Below are positions 1 to 9,380 of a DNA stretch of 64,000 nt, in pieces. Position 1 is the stretch's first letter, and each line of letters begins with the position of its first letter. This DNA comes from Thermoanaerobaculia bacterium (lineage in GTDB: Bacteria; Acidobacteriota; Thermoanaerobaculia; Multivoradales; JAHZIX01). The DNA lies in contig JALXFE010000182.1 in assembly GCA_027069135.1 (NCBI GenBank), forward strand, positions 67,175-131,174. Reading direction: 5' to 3'. The notes under the pieces were generated by a model. That model worked only from the letters and a program-made list of their open reading frames with translations, ran no database searches and was not told the origin of the DNA. The translations under genes and the position numbers were made by a program.

Positions 1-1186
1 CATCCTGTTGGGCAACTATTTCAAAGCCGAGAACCTCCTCGATCTCAAGACTCGGAATGTCCTGCCGAACGATCTGGACCGGGCGACCAACGGCGGCGGG
101 GTTACGTTCTGGCTCAACGTGGCGAAGGCCGAGGCCCCCGGTGGCCGAGCCTTCGAGGAACGAACCGTCGAGGCTGGATTGGCCCACCACACCGGGTGGA
201 CCCTGGATCTGGGCCACGGCGATCTGGACAACGATGGCGACCAGGATTTCTATCTGGCCGGGGATTACGGGACGGATCGGTTGTTTATGAACCGAGGGGA
301 CGGCCGATTCAAAGATGTGACGGCCACAGCGATCGGTTTTGATACCCGCAAGGGAATGAACGTCGACATGGGGGATTACAACCGGGACGGCTACCTCGAT
401 ATCTACGTGACCAACATCACGGACGAGTACATGAAGGAATGCAACATGCTGTGGCACAACAACGGGGACGGAACCTTCGTGGATCTGTCGAGGGAGACCG
501 GGACCTGCGACACGGATTGGGGGTGGGCCGGAAAGTTCGCGGATTTTGACAACGACGGCTGGGAAGATCTCTTCGTTGTGAACGGCCTTCGTTCCGCCGG
601 GGAGCGCAATTACATCCCGGCCCTCCTGGAAATGATCGTGACCCCGAACGTCGATTTTTCCGATATCGACAGCTATCCGGATATCGGGAATATGACCTGG
701 AGTGGCTATCAGAAGCAGCGGCTCTTTCACAATCTCTCGGACGGCACCTTCAAGGAGGTCGCCGGAGCGGCGGGGGTGGACAATGACCTCGACGGTCGGG
801 GTGTCGGCATCGGCGACTTCGACAACGACGGCCGGCTCGATATATACCAGACCAACGCCAACCAGCCCGCCTTGATGTTCCACAACATCGCCGAAAAAAG
901 CGGGCATTGGCTGCAGGTGCAGCTCCGAGGCACGGTGTCGAATCGCGACGCCATCGGAGCCCGGGTGACCCTACGCTCCGGCGGAGTGTCCCAACTGCGG
1001 GAGGTCAACGGTGGCAACGGGTATGCCAGTCAGGAGACCTCCCGACTGCATTTTGGCCTAGGAGCTGCAACCAAAATCGAGTCGTTGGAGATTCGCTGGC
1101 CTTCCGGGATCCTCCAGACCCTGCGGCCGACCCGGGTGGACACTCTCCTCATCATCGACGAAACGCGAAAGGCGGCGAGCTCCTGA
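1..1186 (+). CDS. CRTAC1-family FG-GAP repeat / ASPIC-UnbV protein, 5' truncated by the window edge
   Basis: Frame is open from base 2 (ILLGNYF...). Several DxDxDGxxD Ca-binding repeats; C-terminal ASPIC/UnbV signature NRDAIGARV...GNGYASQ...LHFGLG...IRWPSG. Confidence 0.88.
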   Translation, partial: ILLGNYFKAENLLDLKTRNVLPNDLDRATNGGGVTFWLNVAKAEAPGGRAFEERTVEAGLAHHTGWTLDLGHGDLDNDGDQDFYLAGDYGTDRLFMNRGDGRFKDVTATAIGFDTRKGMNVDMGDYNRDGYLDIYVTNITDEYMKECNMLWHNNGDGTFVDLSRETGTCDTDWGWAGKFADFDNDGWEDLFVVNGLRSAGERNYIPALLEMIVTPNVDFSDIDSYPDIGNMTWSGYQKQRLFHNLSDGTFKEVAGAAGVDNDLDGRGVGIGDFDNDGRLDIYQTNANQPALMFHNIAEKSGHWLQVQLRGTVSNRDAIGARVTLRSGGVSQLREVNGGNGYASQETSRLHFGLGAATKIESLEIRWPSGILQTLRPTRVDTLLIIDETRKAASS

Positions 1187-4100
1187 TGGCTATCGATAGG
1201 GCTCGTTCCCAGAGGCTGTTTCTGGCCGTTGCATGCTTGGTCCTCGGGGCGACGGTAGGGCCGGTACTCAGGGTCGGGGCAACGAATTCTGTGGAAGAAA
1301 AGCTGTGGCAGCACCGCAATCTCGGAAAGGCCTTCTACGAGAATCCGGCGACGCAATACGAAGCCGTGAGTGAATTGCGCAAGGCTCTGGAGCTCGCACC
1401 GAGCTCGGCGATAGAGAGGGTCAACTACGGGCTCTCCCTGCTCCGGGCCGGCCAGGAAGCCGAAGGCATCGTGGAGTTGGAGAAAGCCCAGAAGCAGGAC
1501 CCTTCGATCCCCCATACCTGGTTCAACCTGGGGATTGCCTACAAGAAGGCCTCGCGCTATGACGATGCCCGCCGGCAACTCGAGGGGATGATCGCTCGGG
1601 TACCGGACGATGCCATCGCCCACTACAACCTCGGGATCCTCTTCAAGCTCGACGGCAATCTGGAGAAGGCCCTGTTCCACCTGCAGCGCGCCGCCCGCCT
1701 CGACCCGACGTTGGCGGGGCCCCATTTTCAGTTGGCGACGGCCTATCGTCAGGCGAAACGGCCGGAGGATACCCGGCGCGCCATGCAGCGCTTTCGTGAG
1801 ATCAAGGCGAAGAAAGGCGACACTACGGAAGATCTGGAGTGGAGCTTCTACTCGGAGCTGGCGGAGGCTCGGCTGCCGGAGCATGCCAAGGCGGTCGGCA
1901 AGGTGGTGTCCCTGCGCCTCGGGGCGGTGGAGGTCTCGGGCGGCTTCGACCCGGGCAGCTCAGGCCTCGTGATCCTGGACCTCGATGGCGACGGAGGCCG
2001 GGACCTGATCGCCTGGTCGAAGGCGGGTATCAAAGCCTTTCGGGACGCCGCGACGAAGGCCCAAGTCGGGCTCGGGAACCTCGAGGGGATTCTCGATATA
2101 GCACCGGCGGATTTCGACAACGACGGATTGACGGATCTCGCGGTGGTTCAAAAGAGTGGGCCGAAGCTGTGGGTCAATACGGGAGGTCGGTTTCGAGCCA
2201 GCCCGACGGAGATGCCCAAGGGCAGCTTTCGGCGTGTCCTTTGGCTGGATGACGATCACGACTACGATCTCGACCTGTTCCTGCTCGGTAGGAGCTCCGC
2301 CCGCTTACGCAACCGGGGGGCGGCCGGGTTTTCTGACGAGACGTCCGGCTTCCCCTTCGCTGCGGGCAACGCGACCGATGCTGTCGTCTTCGACCTCCTC
2401 GCCGACACCCAGGGCTTCGATCTGGCGGTGGTGTACTCCGACCGGCCGGCGGTTCTTTATCGGGACCGCCTAGGGGGTCGCTACGAACGTCAGGAGTTGG
2501 GAGCCGAGCTCCCGGCGGCACGTCGGATCATCGCCCACGACTACGACCACGACAGCTGGACCGACCTGATCGCCGCGGGGGAGCGGGGCCTGGTGCTGCT
2601 CCACAACCAGCAGGCCGGAGGGCTACACCATCGAAAGCTGGTGGCCGTCGCCGGGCCCGAGGTCACGACCTCGGCCCTGGGCTTCGCGGATCTGGAGAAC
2701 CGCGGCGTCAGCGACCTCCTGACGACCGCCGGAGTGCACCGCAACCAGGGCCTTGGCCGCTTCGCCGCGGTCGGCTCGGACCTGGAAGGGACATCCGCCG
2801 TTGCGAGTGCGGATTTCGACGGGGACGGGCGCATCGACCTTGCGACCATCGACGGACGCGGCTCCCTGAAAGTCTGGCGCAACACCACCGAGGGCGGCGG
2901 CTGGCTTGAGGTACGCCTCGAAGGCGTCAAGAACACCCTCCTGGCACAGGGTGCCGAAATCGAAGTCAAGGCCGGCACGCGGTACCAGAAGAAAAGCTAT
3001 CAGGGCACGGCTGTGCACTTCGGTCTGGGGGACGCGAGCCGTGCGGATACGGTGCGCATCACTTGGCCCAATGGCATGATCCAGAACGAAGCTCGCCAAC
3101 CGGGCAACCGGGCGTTCGTCTACAAGGAAGCCCAACGTCTCTCCGGTTCCTGCCCGATGGTCTTTACCTGGAACGGGAAGGGCTTCGAATTCATCACCGA
3201 CGTCCTGGGTGTCGCGCCCCTGGGGGCTGCGGCGGGGGACGGGGAGTACTTTCCCGTGGACCATGACGAATACATCTGGATTCCGGGCAGCTCCCTGGTT
3301 CCGAGAAATGATCGCTACGAGATCCGAATCACCGAGGAGCTTCGAGAGATCGCCTACCTGGACGAGATCCGGTTGATCCCCGTCGATCATCCCGAAGACG
3401 AGGAAATCTTTCATAACGATAAATTCAAGGGTCCTCCCTTTCCGGACTTCCGCCTCTTCGCCGCAGACGAGCGGATCTACCCGGTCGCCGCGCGGGATCA
3501 ACTGCGCCGGGAGGTCCGAGATCGCCTCCTGGCCGCCGACGGGGCCTACGTTGATGGCTTTCGGCGGAATTATTCCGGAATCGGTGAGATGCATACCTTG
3601 GAGCTGGATTTCGCTCCCACGACGGACGCGGCCTCAGCGGTCCTGATCCTCTCCGGTTGGGTCGACTGGGCCGACGGCAGTACCTTCCTGGGGCTGGCCC
3701 AGGAGCGGGGTGACGGCCTTGTGATGCCCTACCTGCAGGTGCGCACACACGAAGGGGGCTGGCAAACGGTGATCGAGGATATGGGAATCCCCGCCGGCAA
3801 ACCTAAAACGATCGCGGTAGACCTCTCCGAGGCCTGGAGCAAGGGGGGGCGGCAGTTTCGCATCGTGACCAATCTCTGCCTTTATTGGGACGAGGTGTTT
3901 CTGATCGACGCCCTTACCCCGTCGGTTCGTCTCGATCCGCTGCAGGCCCAGGAGGCGAAGCTGCGGTTTCGGGGATTCTCCCGGGCGGTGGTGCATGAGA
4001 AGAGATTGCAGCCGGAGCGCTTCGTCTATGCGGATCTTAGGGCCACTTCGATGTGGAATCCGACCCCCGGCCGCTATACCCGCTACGGGGAGGTTCGTTC

Positions 4101-4437
4101 CCTGCTGTGGGCCACCGACGACCGGATGGTCATCATGGGTTCGGGGGACGAGCTAGCCCTATCCTTCGACGCCACTGCCTTGCCTCCTTTGAAGCCAGGC
4201 TGGCGTCGTGATTTCCTCCTCTTTGTCGACGGCTGGGCCAAGGACGGTGATGCCAATACGGCTCACTCACAAACCGTGGAACCCCTTCCGTACCATCGCA
4301 TGCCCCAATATCCCTACGCCGAGCCCGACTCTTTTCCCGACGGCGAGCCCTACCGGCGATACCGGCGAGATTTTAATTCCCGACCCGCCCTCCGATTGAT
4401 TCGACCGTTGGCCGAAAGGAGAGCCCTCGAGCGATGA
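1186..4437 (+). CDS. Exported TPR + FG-GAP + ASPIC/UnbV protein with a large C-terminal SCP-initiated module
   Basis: ATG 1186 overlaps the upstream TGA (TGATG). Signal/TM segment, TPRs (HTWFNLGIAY, AHYNLGILF), DFDNDG repeats, VHFGLG...ITWPNG, then SGSCPMVFTWNG. Confidence 0.85.
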   Translation: MAIDRARSQRLFLAVACLVLGATVGPVLRVGATNSVEEKLWQHRNLGKAFYENPATQYEAVSELRKALELAPSSAIERVNYGLSLLRAGQEAEGIVELEKAQKQDPSIPHTWFNLGIAYKKASRYDDARRQLEGMIARVPDDAIAHYNLGILFKLDGNLEKALFHLQRAARLDPTLAGPHFQLATAYRQAKRPEDTRRAMQRFREIKAKKGDTTEDLEWSFYSELAEARLPEHAKAVGKVVSLRLGAVEVSGGFDPGSSGLVILDLDGDGGRDLIAWSKAGIKAFRDAATKAQVGLGNLEGILDIAPADFDNDGLTDLAVVQKSGPKLWVNTGGRFRASPTEMPKGSFRRVLWLDDDHDYDLDLFLLGRSSARLRNRGAAGFSDETSGFPFAAGNATDAVVFDLLADTQGFDLAVVYSDRPAVLYRDRLGGRYERQELGAELPAARRIIAHDYDHDSWTDLIAAGERGLVLLHNQQAGGLHHRKLVAVAGPEVTTSALGFADLENRGVSDLLTTAGVHRNQGLGRFAAVGSDLEGTSAVASADFDGDGRIDLATIDGRGSLKVWRNTTEGGGWLEVRLEGVKNTLLAQGAEIEVKAGTRYQKKSYQGTAVHFGLGDASRADTVRITWPNGMIQNEARQPGNRAFVYKEAQRLSGSCPMVFTWNGKGFEFITDVLGVAPLGAAAGDGEYFPVDHDEYIWIPGSSLVPRNDRYEIRITEELREIAYLDEIRLIPVDHPEDEEIFHNDKFKGPPFPDFRLFAADERIYPVAARDQLRREVRDRLLAADGAYVDGFRRNYSGIGEMHTLELDFAPTTDAASAVLILSGWVDWADGSTFLGLAQERGDGLVMPYLQVRTHEGGWQTVIEDMGIPAGKPKTIAVDLSEAWSKGGRQFRIVTNLCLYWDEVFLIDALTPSVRLDPLQAQEAKLRFRGFSRAVVHEKRLQPERFVYADLRATSMWNPTPGRYTRYGEVRSLLWATDDRMVIMGSGDELALSFDATALPPLKPGWRRDFLLFVDGWAKDGDANTAHSQTVEPLPYHRMPQYPYAEPDSFPDGEPYRRYRRDFNSRPALRLIRPLAERRALER

Positions 4438-7391
4438 GCACACCAGAAAGTCCCAAGAGCCGCCCGAAGACCGCCGTCCGGGCCAAGAGGCCCAAGGCTT
4501 TACCGCCGGGCTTCAAGCGCCGCCGGCCCGCCCTGGGACGGCGTTTGACCAAGTTGCTCTCCTTCGTCTTCGCCCTCTTCGCGCTCTTGGCGATCAATTC
4601 CACCTACCTGGTGGGGGTGTCGGTGATGGAATGGTGGAACGGCGAGACCTACCAGAACTGGTTCTATCTGAATATGTTTCTTGTGCACCTGCTCCTGGGT
4701 GCCCTGATCCTGTTTCCCATCCTGGTGTTCGGTGTCTGGCATTTCCGGAACACCTACGAGCGGCCCAATCGGCGAGCCGTCAAGGTCGGCGTCGCTCTAT
4801 TTGGATGCTCCCTCGTCCTGCTCGCCAGCGGCATCGTCTTGACGAGGTTGGAAGGGTTGATCGTCGTCAAAGATCCACAGATTCGTTCCATCGCCTATTG
4901 GGCCCATGTGATCACTCCTATTCTCGTGGCCTGGCTTTTCGTCCTGCACCGTCTCGCGGGGAAACGGATTCGGTGGAAAGTCGGCCGGCGGTGGGCCACC
5001 GTGGCGGCGGTGTTTGCCGCCTCCATGCTGCTCTGGCAGGCCCAGGATCCTCGAAGTTGGAACGTCGAGGGGCCGGCTACCGGGGAACAGTATTTCTTCC
5101 CGTCTCTTTCGCGCACCGCGACAGGTGACTTCATTCCGGAAGAGGTCCTGATGAACGATCAATATTGTCTCGAATGTCACGAGGACAGCCATGAGACCTG
5201 GGCCGTTTCCGCGCATCGCTTCAGCTCATTCAATAACCCCGCCTATCTCTTTTCGGTACGCGAGACGAGACGGGTCGCTTTCGAGCGGGACGGTGATGTT
5301 CACGCTTCCCGATTTTGCGCCGGCTGCCACGACCCGGTGGTGTTTTTCTCAGGCAAGTTTGACGATCCGGAATTCGATGACGAGAGCGATCCGACGGGTC
5401 AAGCGGGGATCACTTGCACTGCCTGTCATGCGATCACCCATGTGAACAGTCCGCGGGGGAATTCCGACTACACGATCGAAGAACCGGTGCACTATCCCTT
5501 TGCCTTTGCGGAGAACAAGAGTCTGCGGTGGATCAACCGGCAGCTGGTCAAGGCCAAGCCGGAGTTCCACAAAAAGACTTTCTTGAAACCGCTGCACAAA
5601 TCGCCGGAGTTCTGCGGTACCTGTCATAAGGTCCATCTTCCCGAGGAGTTGAACAAGTACAAATGGCTGAGGGCTCAGAATCACTACGACTCCTATCATC
5701 TCTCGGGGGTCTCCGGGCACGGCGTCAGCAGCTTTTATTATCCCGAGAAGGCCGAGGAGAGCTGCAACGGCTGCCATATGGAGTTGCAGCCCTCGGAGCA
5801 ATTCGCCGCCGCGAGCTTCGACACCTCCGGGGAACGAACGATCCACGACCATCAATTCCCCAGCGCGAACTCGGCGATTCCTCACTTGCTCGACATGCCA
5901 AGTTGGGTCTTGGAGCGTCACCGCGCATTTAACGTCGGGGCCATGAGGCTCGATATCTTCGGCCTCCGGGAGGAGGGGCGGATCGACGGCGAACAGATGG
6001 CTCCATTACGCCCTGAGGTTCCGACTGTCAAGCCCGGCGAAACGTACCTTCTGGACGTCGTCATCCGGACCCTGAAGCTGGGCCATCATTTCACCCAGGG
6101 GACGACGGATTCAAACGAAATATGGCTTGACGTTCGGGTGACCGGTCAGCGTGCCACCGGCATCGAGACCTTTGGCCGGAGCGGTGGCCTGGGGGCGCGG
6201 AATCAAGTCGATCCCTGGTCTCATTTTGTAAACTCCTATGTTCTCGATCGTCATGGACATCGTATCGATCGGCGCAACGCTCAAGATATTTTCGTCTCCC
6301 TCTACAACCACCAAATTCCGCCGGGAGCTGCATCGACGATCCACTATCGTCTGGAGGTTCCGGAGGATGTCCGCGGACCGATCACCATCGAGGCGGACCT
6401 CTACTACCGCAAATTCGATACCCGGTTCATGGAGCATCTCTCAGACAGCGGCTCAGCCGTCAACGAGCTTCCAGTGTTGAGGCTGGCTTCCGACCGCATC
6501 GTTCTACCCGTCGCGGGAGTCGGAGTCGAGATCGCCGGATCTTCTTCTCCGATTCCCGAGTGGGAGCGCTGGAACGACTACGGGATCGGTCTGTTGCTCA
6601 AGGGGGGGAAGACCAAGGGGGAGCTGCGGCAGGCCGAGGAAGCCTTTCGACGGGTTGAAGCCCTGGGCCGTCCGGAGGGTCCGCTGAATCTCGCTCGGGT
6701 CTACATCGCCCAGGGTACGGTGCGAGACGAGGCCATTGAGGCTCTCGACCGTGCCGCGTCCTTCGATCCTCCAGCGCCACCGTGGACCGTCGCGTGGTTC
6801 ACGGGAATCGTCAACAAACAGAATGGATTCCTCGACAAGGCGATCGCGAACTTCGAATCCATCGTCGCTCTCGACACGGCGGAAACTCGGGATCGCGGGT
6901 TCGATTTTTCCCAGGACTACCGCCTTCTCAACGAGCTGGGGCAGACTCTATTCGAACGAGCCAAGGCGGAGCGGGGGGAGGCTAGAGCCGCCGCCCGGGC
7001 CAGCCTGTTGAACAAGGCGGCGCAACGATTCGAGCAGACGTTGGCGTTGGACCCGGAGAACACCACGGCTCTGTACAACCTCGACCTCGTCTACCGTCAG
7101 CTGGGCCAAGCCGAGGCGGCGGCCCGGTACCGCGATCTCTACCTGGTCTACAAGAGCGACGACAACGCCCGGGATCGGGTGCTGACCATCGCCCGGCGAC
7201 AGGATCCTGCGGCGAATCACAGCGCCGAGGCCATCGTGATTTATGACTTGCACCGCGAGGGTGCTTCGGAGCTGGGGGGGCTCAGTCGTCGGGTGGAGGC
7301 CTTCGTGCTCACGCCTACCGAGTCCCGTCGTACCGAAGAGCCGAAAGTGGCCTCCCTCGGTATCCGAGATCTGGAGGATTCTGAGCGATGA
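4434..7391 (+). CDS. Membrane-anchored pentaheme c-type cytochrome with C-terminal TPR region
   Basis: About five N-terminal hydrophobic helices; five CxxCH motifs (CLECH, CAGCH, CTACH, CGTCH, CNGCH); TPR-like helices after WERWNDYGIG; ATGA overlap with the upstream gene. Confidence 0.88.
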   Translation: MSTPESPKSRPKTAVRAKRPKALPPGFKRRRPALGRRLTKLLSFVFALFALLAINSTYLVGVSVMEWWNGETYQNWFYLNMFLVHLLLGALILFPILVFGVWHFRNTYERPNRRAVKVGVALFGCSLVLLASGIVLTRLEGLIVVKDPQIRSIAYWAHVITPILVAWLFVLHRLAGKRIRWKVGRRWATVAAVFAASMLLWQAQDPRSWNVEGPATGEQYFFPSLSRTATGDFIPEEVLMNDQYCLECHEDSHETWAVSAHRFSSFNNPAYLFSVRETRRVAFERDGDVHASRFCAGCHDPVVFFSGKFDDPEFDDESDPTGQAGITCTACHAITHVNSPRGNSDYTIEEPVHYPFAFAENKSLRWINRQLVKAKPEFHKKTFLKPLHKSPEFCGTCHKVHLPEELNKYKWLRAQNHYDSYHLSGVSGHGVSSFYYPEKAEESCNGCHMELQPSEQFAAASFDTSGERTIHDHQFPSANSAIPHLLDMPSWVLERHRAFNVGAMRLDIFGLREEGRIDGEQMAPLRPEVPTVKPGETYLLDVVIRTLKLGHHFTQGTTDSNEIWLDVRVTGQRATGIETFGRSGGLGARNQVDPWSHFVNSYVLDRHGHRIDRRNAQDIFVSLYNHQIPPGAASTIHYRLEVPEDVRGPITIEADLYYRKFDTRFMEHLSDSGSAVNELPVLRLASDRIVLPVAGVGVEIAGSSSPIPEWERWNDYGIGLLLKGGKTKGELRQAEEAFRRVEALGRPEGPLNLARVYIAQGTVRDEAIEALDRAASFDPPAPPWTVAWFTGIVNKQNGFLDKAIANFESIVALDTAETRDRGFDFSQDYRLLNELGQTLFERAKAERGEARAAARASLLNKAAQRFEQTLALDPENTTALYNLDLVYRQLGQAEAAARYRDLYLVYKSDDNARDRVLTIARRQDPAANHSAEAIVIYDLHREGASELGGLSRRVEAFVLTPTESRRTEEPKVASLGIRDLEDSER

Positions 7392-9286
7392 AACTCTTTG
7401 AGGAAGTCTCCGCCGAAACGTCCACCGACGGTCCACCGCCTGAAGCCTCCCTGCCCGGGGGCGAGGATTGGGAGGTGGTACCTGAGGACGAGGTCCAAGA
7501 TGACGAGATCATCGGCCGCGTCTTCAAGGCTTCTCTGTGGGTCATAGCCGCGGTCATCGTGGGCCTCGGGGCCTTTTTTCTCTTCAGCCAGGACGAGGCC
7601 CTCAGCGAGGAGCGCTCGATCACCGTGGCGGCGCCGGAGGCGATTGGTGAAATCTCGGCGACACCGACGATGCCTTTCAGCGACGTTACCCAAGAGGCTC
7701 GGATCGACTTTGTTCACAACAACGGCGCCTACGGAGACAAGTTGTTGCCGGAGTCTTTGGGCGGCGGCGTCGCCTTTCTGGATTTCGATTCCGACGGTGA
7801 CCAGGATCTCCTTTTTGTCGATAGCGGGGAGTGGGCTCACCAGTCGTCGGTCCTCGAGCCTCCGGTGGCTCTTTATCGCAATGAAGGCGGTTTTCGCTTC
7901 ACCGATGTGACTCGTAGGGCGGGCCTAGAGGATCTGACCTCCACCGGGTCCTATGGCATGGGGGTGGCAGTTGGTGATTACGACGGGGACGGCGATCCCG
8001 ATCTTTTCCTGACGGCCGTCGGATCCAACCGATTGCTGCGCAACGACAGCGGCAGATTTCTCGACGTGACGGACAAGGCCGGGGTTGCCGGCCTCGAGGA
8101 CGATTGGTCCACTTCCGCGGCGTTTCTGGATGTCGATGGCGATCGGGATCTCGACCTGGTGGTCTGTAACTATGTTCGCTGGTCCAAAGAGATCGACTTC
8201 GAACTCGATTTCCGTCTGACGGGAATCGGCCGCGCTTTCGGACCACCCCAGAGCTATGAGGGCTCCTACCCCTACCTTTACCGTAACGACGGGTCCGGGG
8301 TCTTCACGGAGTTCACCGCGGAGTCCGGCTTGAAGGTCGAGAATCCGGCGACGGGAGAGCCGATGGCGAAGTCACTGGCCCTGGCGCCGGCGGATGTCGA
8401 CGGCGACGGTTGGATGGATTTCATCGTCGCCAACGACACGGTGCGCAATTTCTTCTTCCACAACCAGGGTGGGACGTTCGAGGAGATTGGCGAGGTCCTG
8501 GGAGTCGCCTACGACCGCAACGGCAATGCCACCGGCGCTATGGGCGTCGACGTCGGGCACTACCGCAACGATGGCAACCTGGGTTTCCTGATCGGCAACT
8601 TCGCCAACGAGATGAGCACGGTCTATATGAGTCAGGACGACCCGTTGTTTTACGTCGATGAGGCGATCAGCGAAGGGATCGGTGCCCCCAGCCGTAGCGT
8701 CCTGACCTTCGGTCTGTTTCTCTTCGATGCCGATCTCGACGGTCGTCTGGATCTTTTCCAGGCCAACGGCCACCTCGAAAGCGAGATTCAGGCGGTGGAT
8801 CCCAGCCAGACCTACCGGCAGGCGGCACAGATTTTCTGGAATGGCGGCGACGAGGGCTTTCTTCCTCTGGACCCGGGGGCGACAGGGGATCTGAGCCAAC
8901 CGGTCGTCGGACGGGGAGCGGCCTATGCGGACCTCGACGACGATGGCGATCTGGATATCGTACTGACCCAGGTGGCCGGCCCACCGCTGCTGCTGCGCAA
9001 CGACCAGAATTCCGGTCACCATTGGCTGCGCCTACGGCTGGTGAATCCGGGCCCCAATTGGGATGCCATCGGAGCCTGGGTTACGGTGCGCGCTGACGGC
9101 ATCTCGCAGCGGCGCCAGGTAATGCCGACACGAAGCTATCTTTCCCAGGTAGAGTTGGCCCTCACGTTCGGTTTGGGGGACAGTCCAACGGTAGAATCCG
9201 TAACGATTCTCTGGCCCGACGGGCTGGAGGAAGACTTGGGATCCCTGCCGGTGGATCGCCTCCATCGGATAGAGCGGAAACTCTAG
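7388..9286 (+). CDS. CRTAC1-family FG-GAP / ASPIC-UnbV protein with N-terminal membrane anchor
   Basis: Acidic N-terminus, one TM helix, DFDSDGDQD/DYDGDGDPD repeats, RSYLSQ...LTFGLG...ILWPDG. Confidence 0.88.
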   Translation: MKLFEEVSAETSTDGPPPEASLPGGEDWEVVPEDEVQDDEIIGRVFKASLWVIAAVIVGLGAFFLFSQDEALSEERSITVAAPEAIGEISATPTMPFSDVTQEARIDFVHNNGAYGDKLLPESLGGGVAFLDFDSDGDQDLLFVDSGEWAHQSSVLEPPVALYRNEGGFRFTDVTRRAGLEDLTSTGSYGMGVAVGDYDGDGDPDLFLTAVGSNRLLRNDSGRFLDVTDKAGVAGLEDDWSTSAAFLDVDGDRDLDLVVCNYVRWSKEIDFELDFRLTGIGRAFGPPQSYEGSYPYLYRNDGSGVFTEFTAESGLKVENPATGEPMAKSLALAPADVDGDGWMDFIVANDTVRNFFFHNQGGTFEEIGEVLGVAYDRNGNATGAMGVDVGHYRNDGNLGFLIGNFANEMSTVYMSQDDPLFYVDEAISEGIGAPSRSVLTFGLFLFDADLDGRLDLFQANGHLESEIQAVDPSQTYRQAAQIFWNGGDEGFLPLDPGATGDLSQPVVGRGAAYADLDDDGDLDIVLTQVAGPPLLLRNDQNSGHHWLRLRLVNPGPNWDAIGAWVTVRADGISQRRQVMPTRSYLSQVELALTFGLGDSPTVESVTILWPDGLEEDLGSLPVDRLHRIERKL

Positions 9287-9380
9287 AGGTCTTACCTAGG
9301 GGGCAGGTGCCGGCTTCAGCGCTCAGACCCTCGGGTGGCGGAGTCGGGATCTGCCGGATCGGCATACCTGGAGGACATCG

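Noticed and set aside
907-1185. N-terminal extension of the 1176-aa ORF
   Set aside because: It overlaps the upstream gene in another frame. ATG 1186, coupled to the upstream stop and followed by a signal sequence, is the better start.
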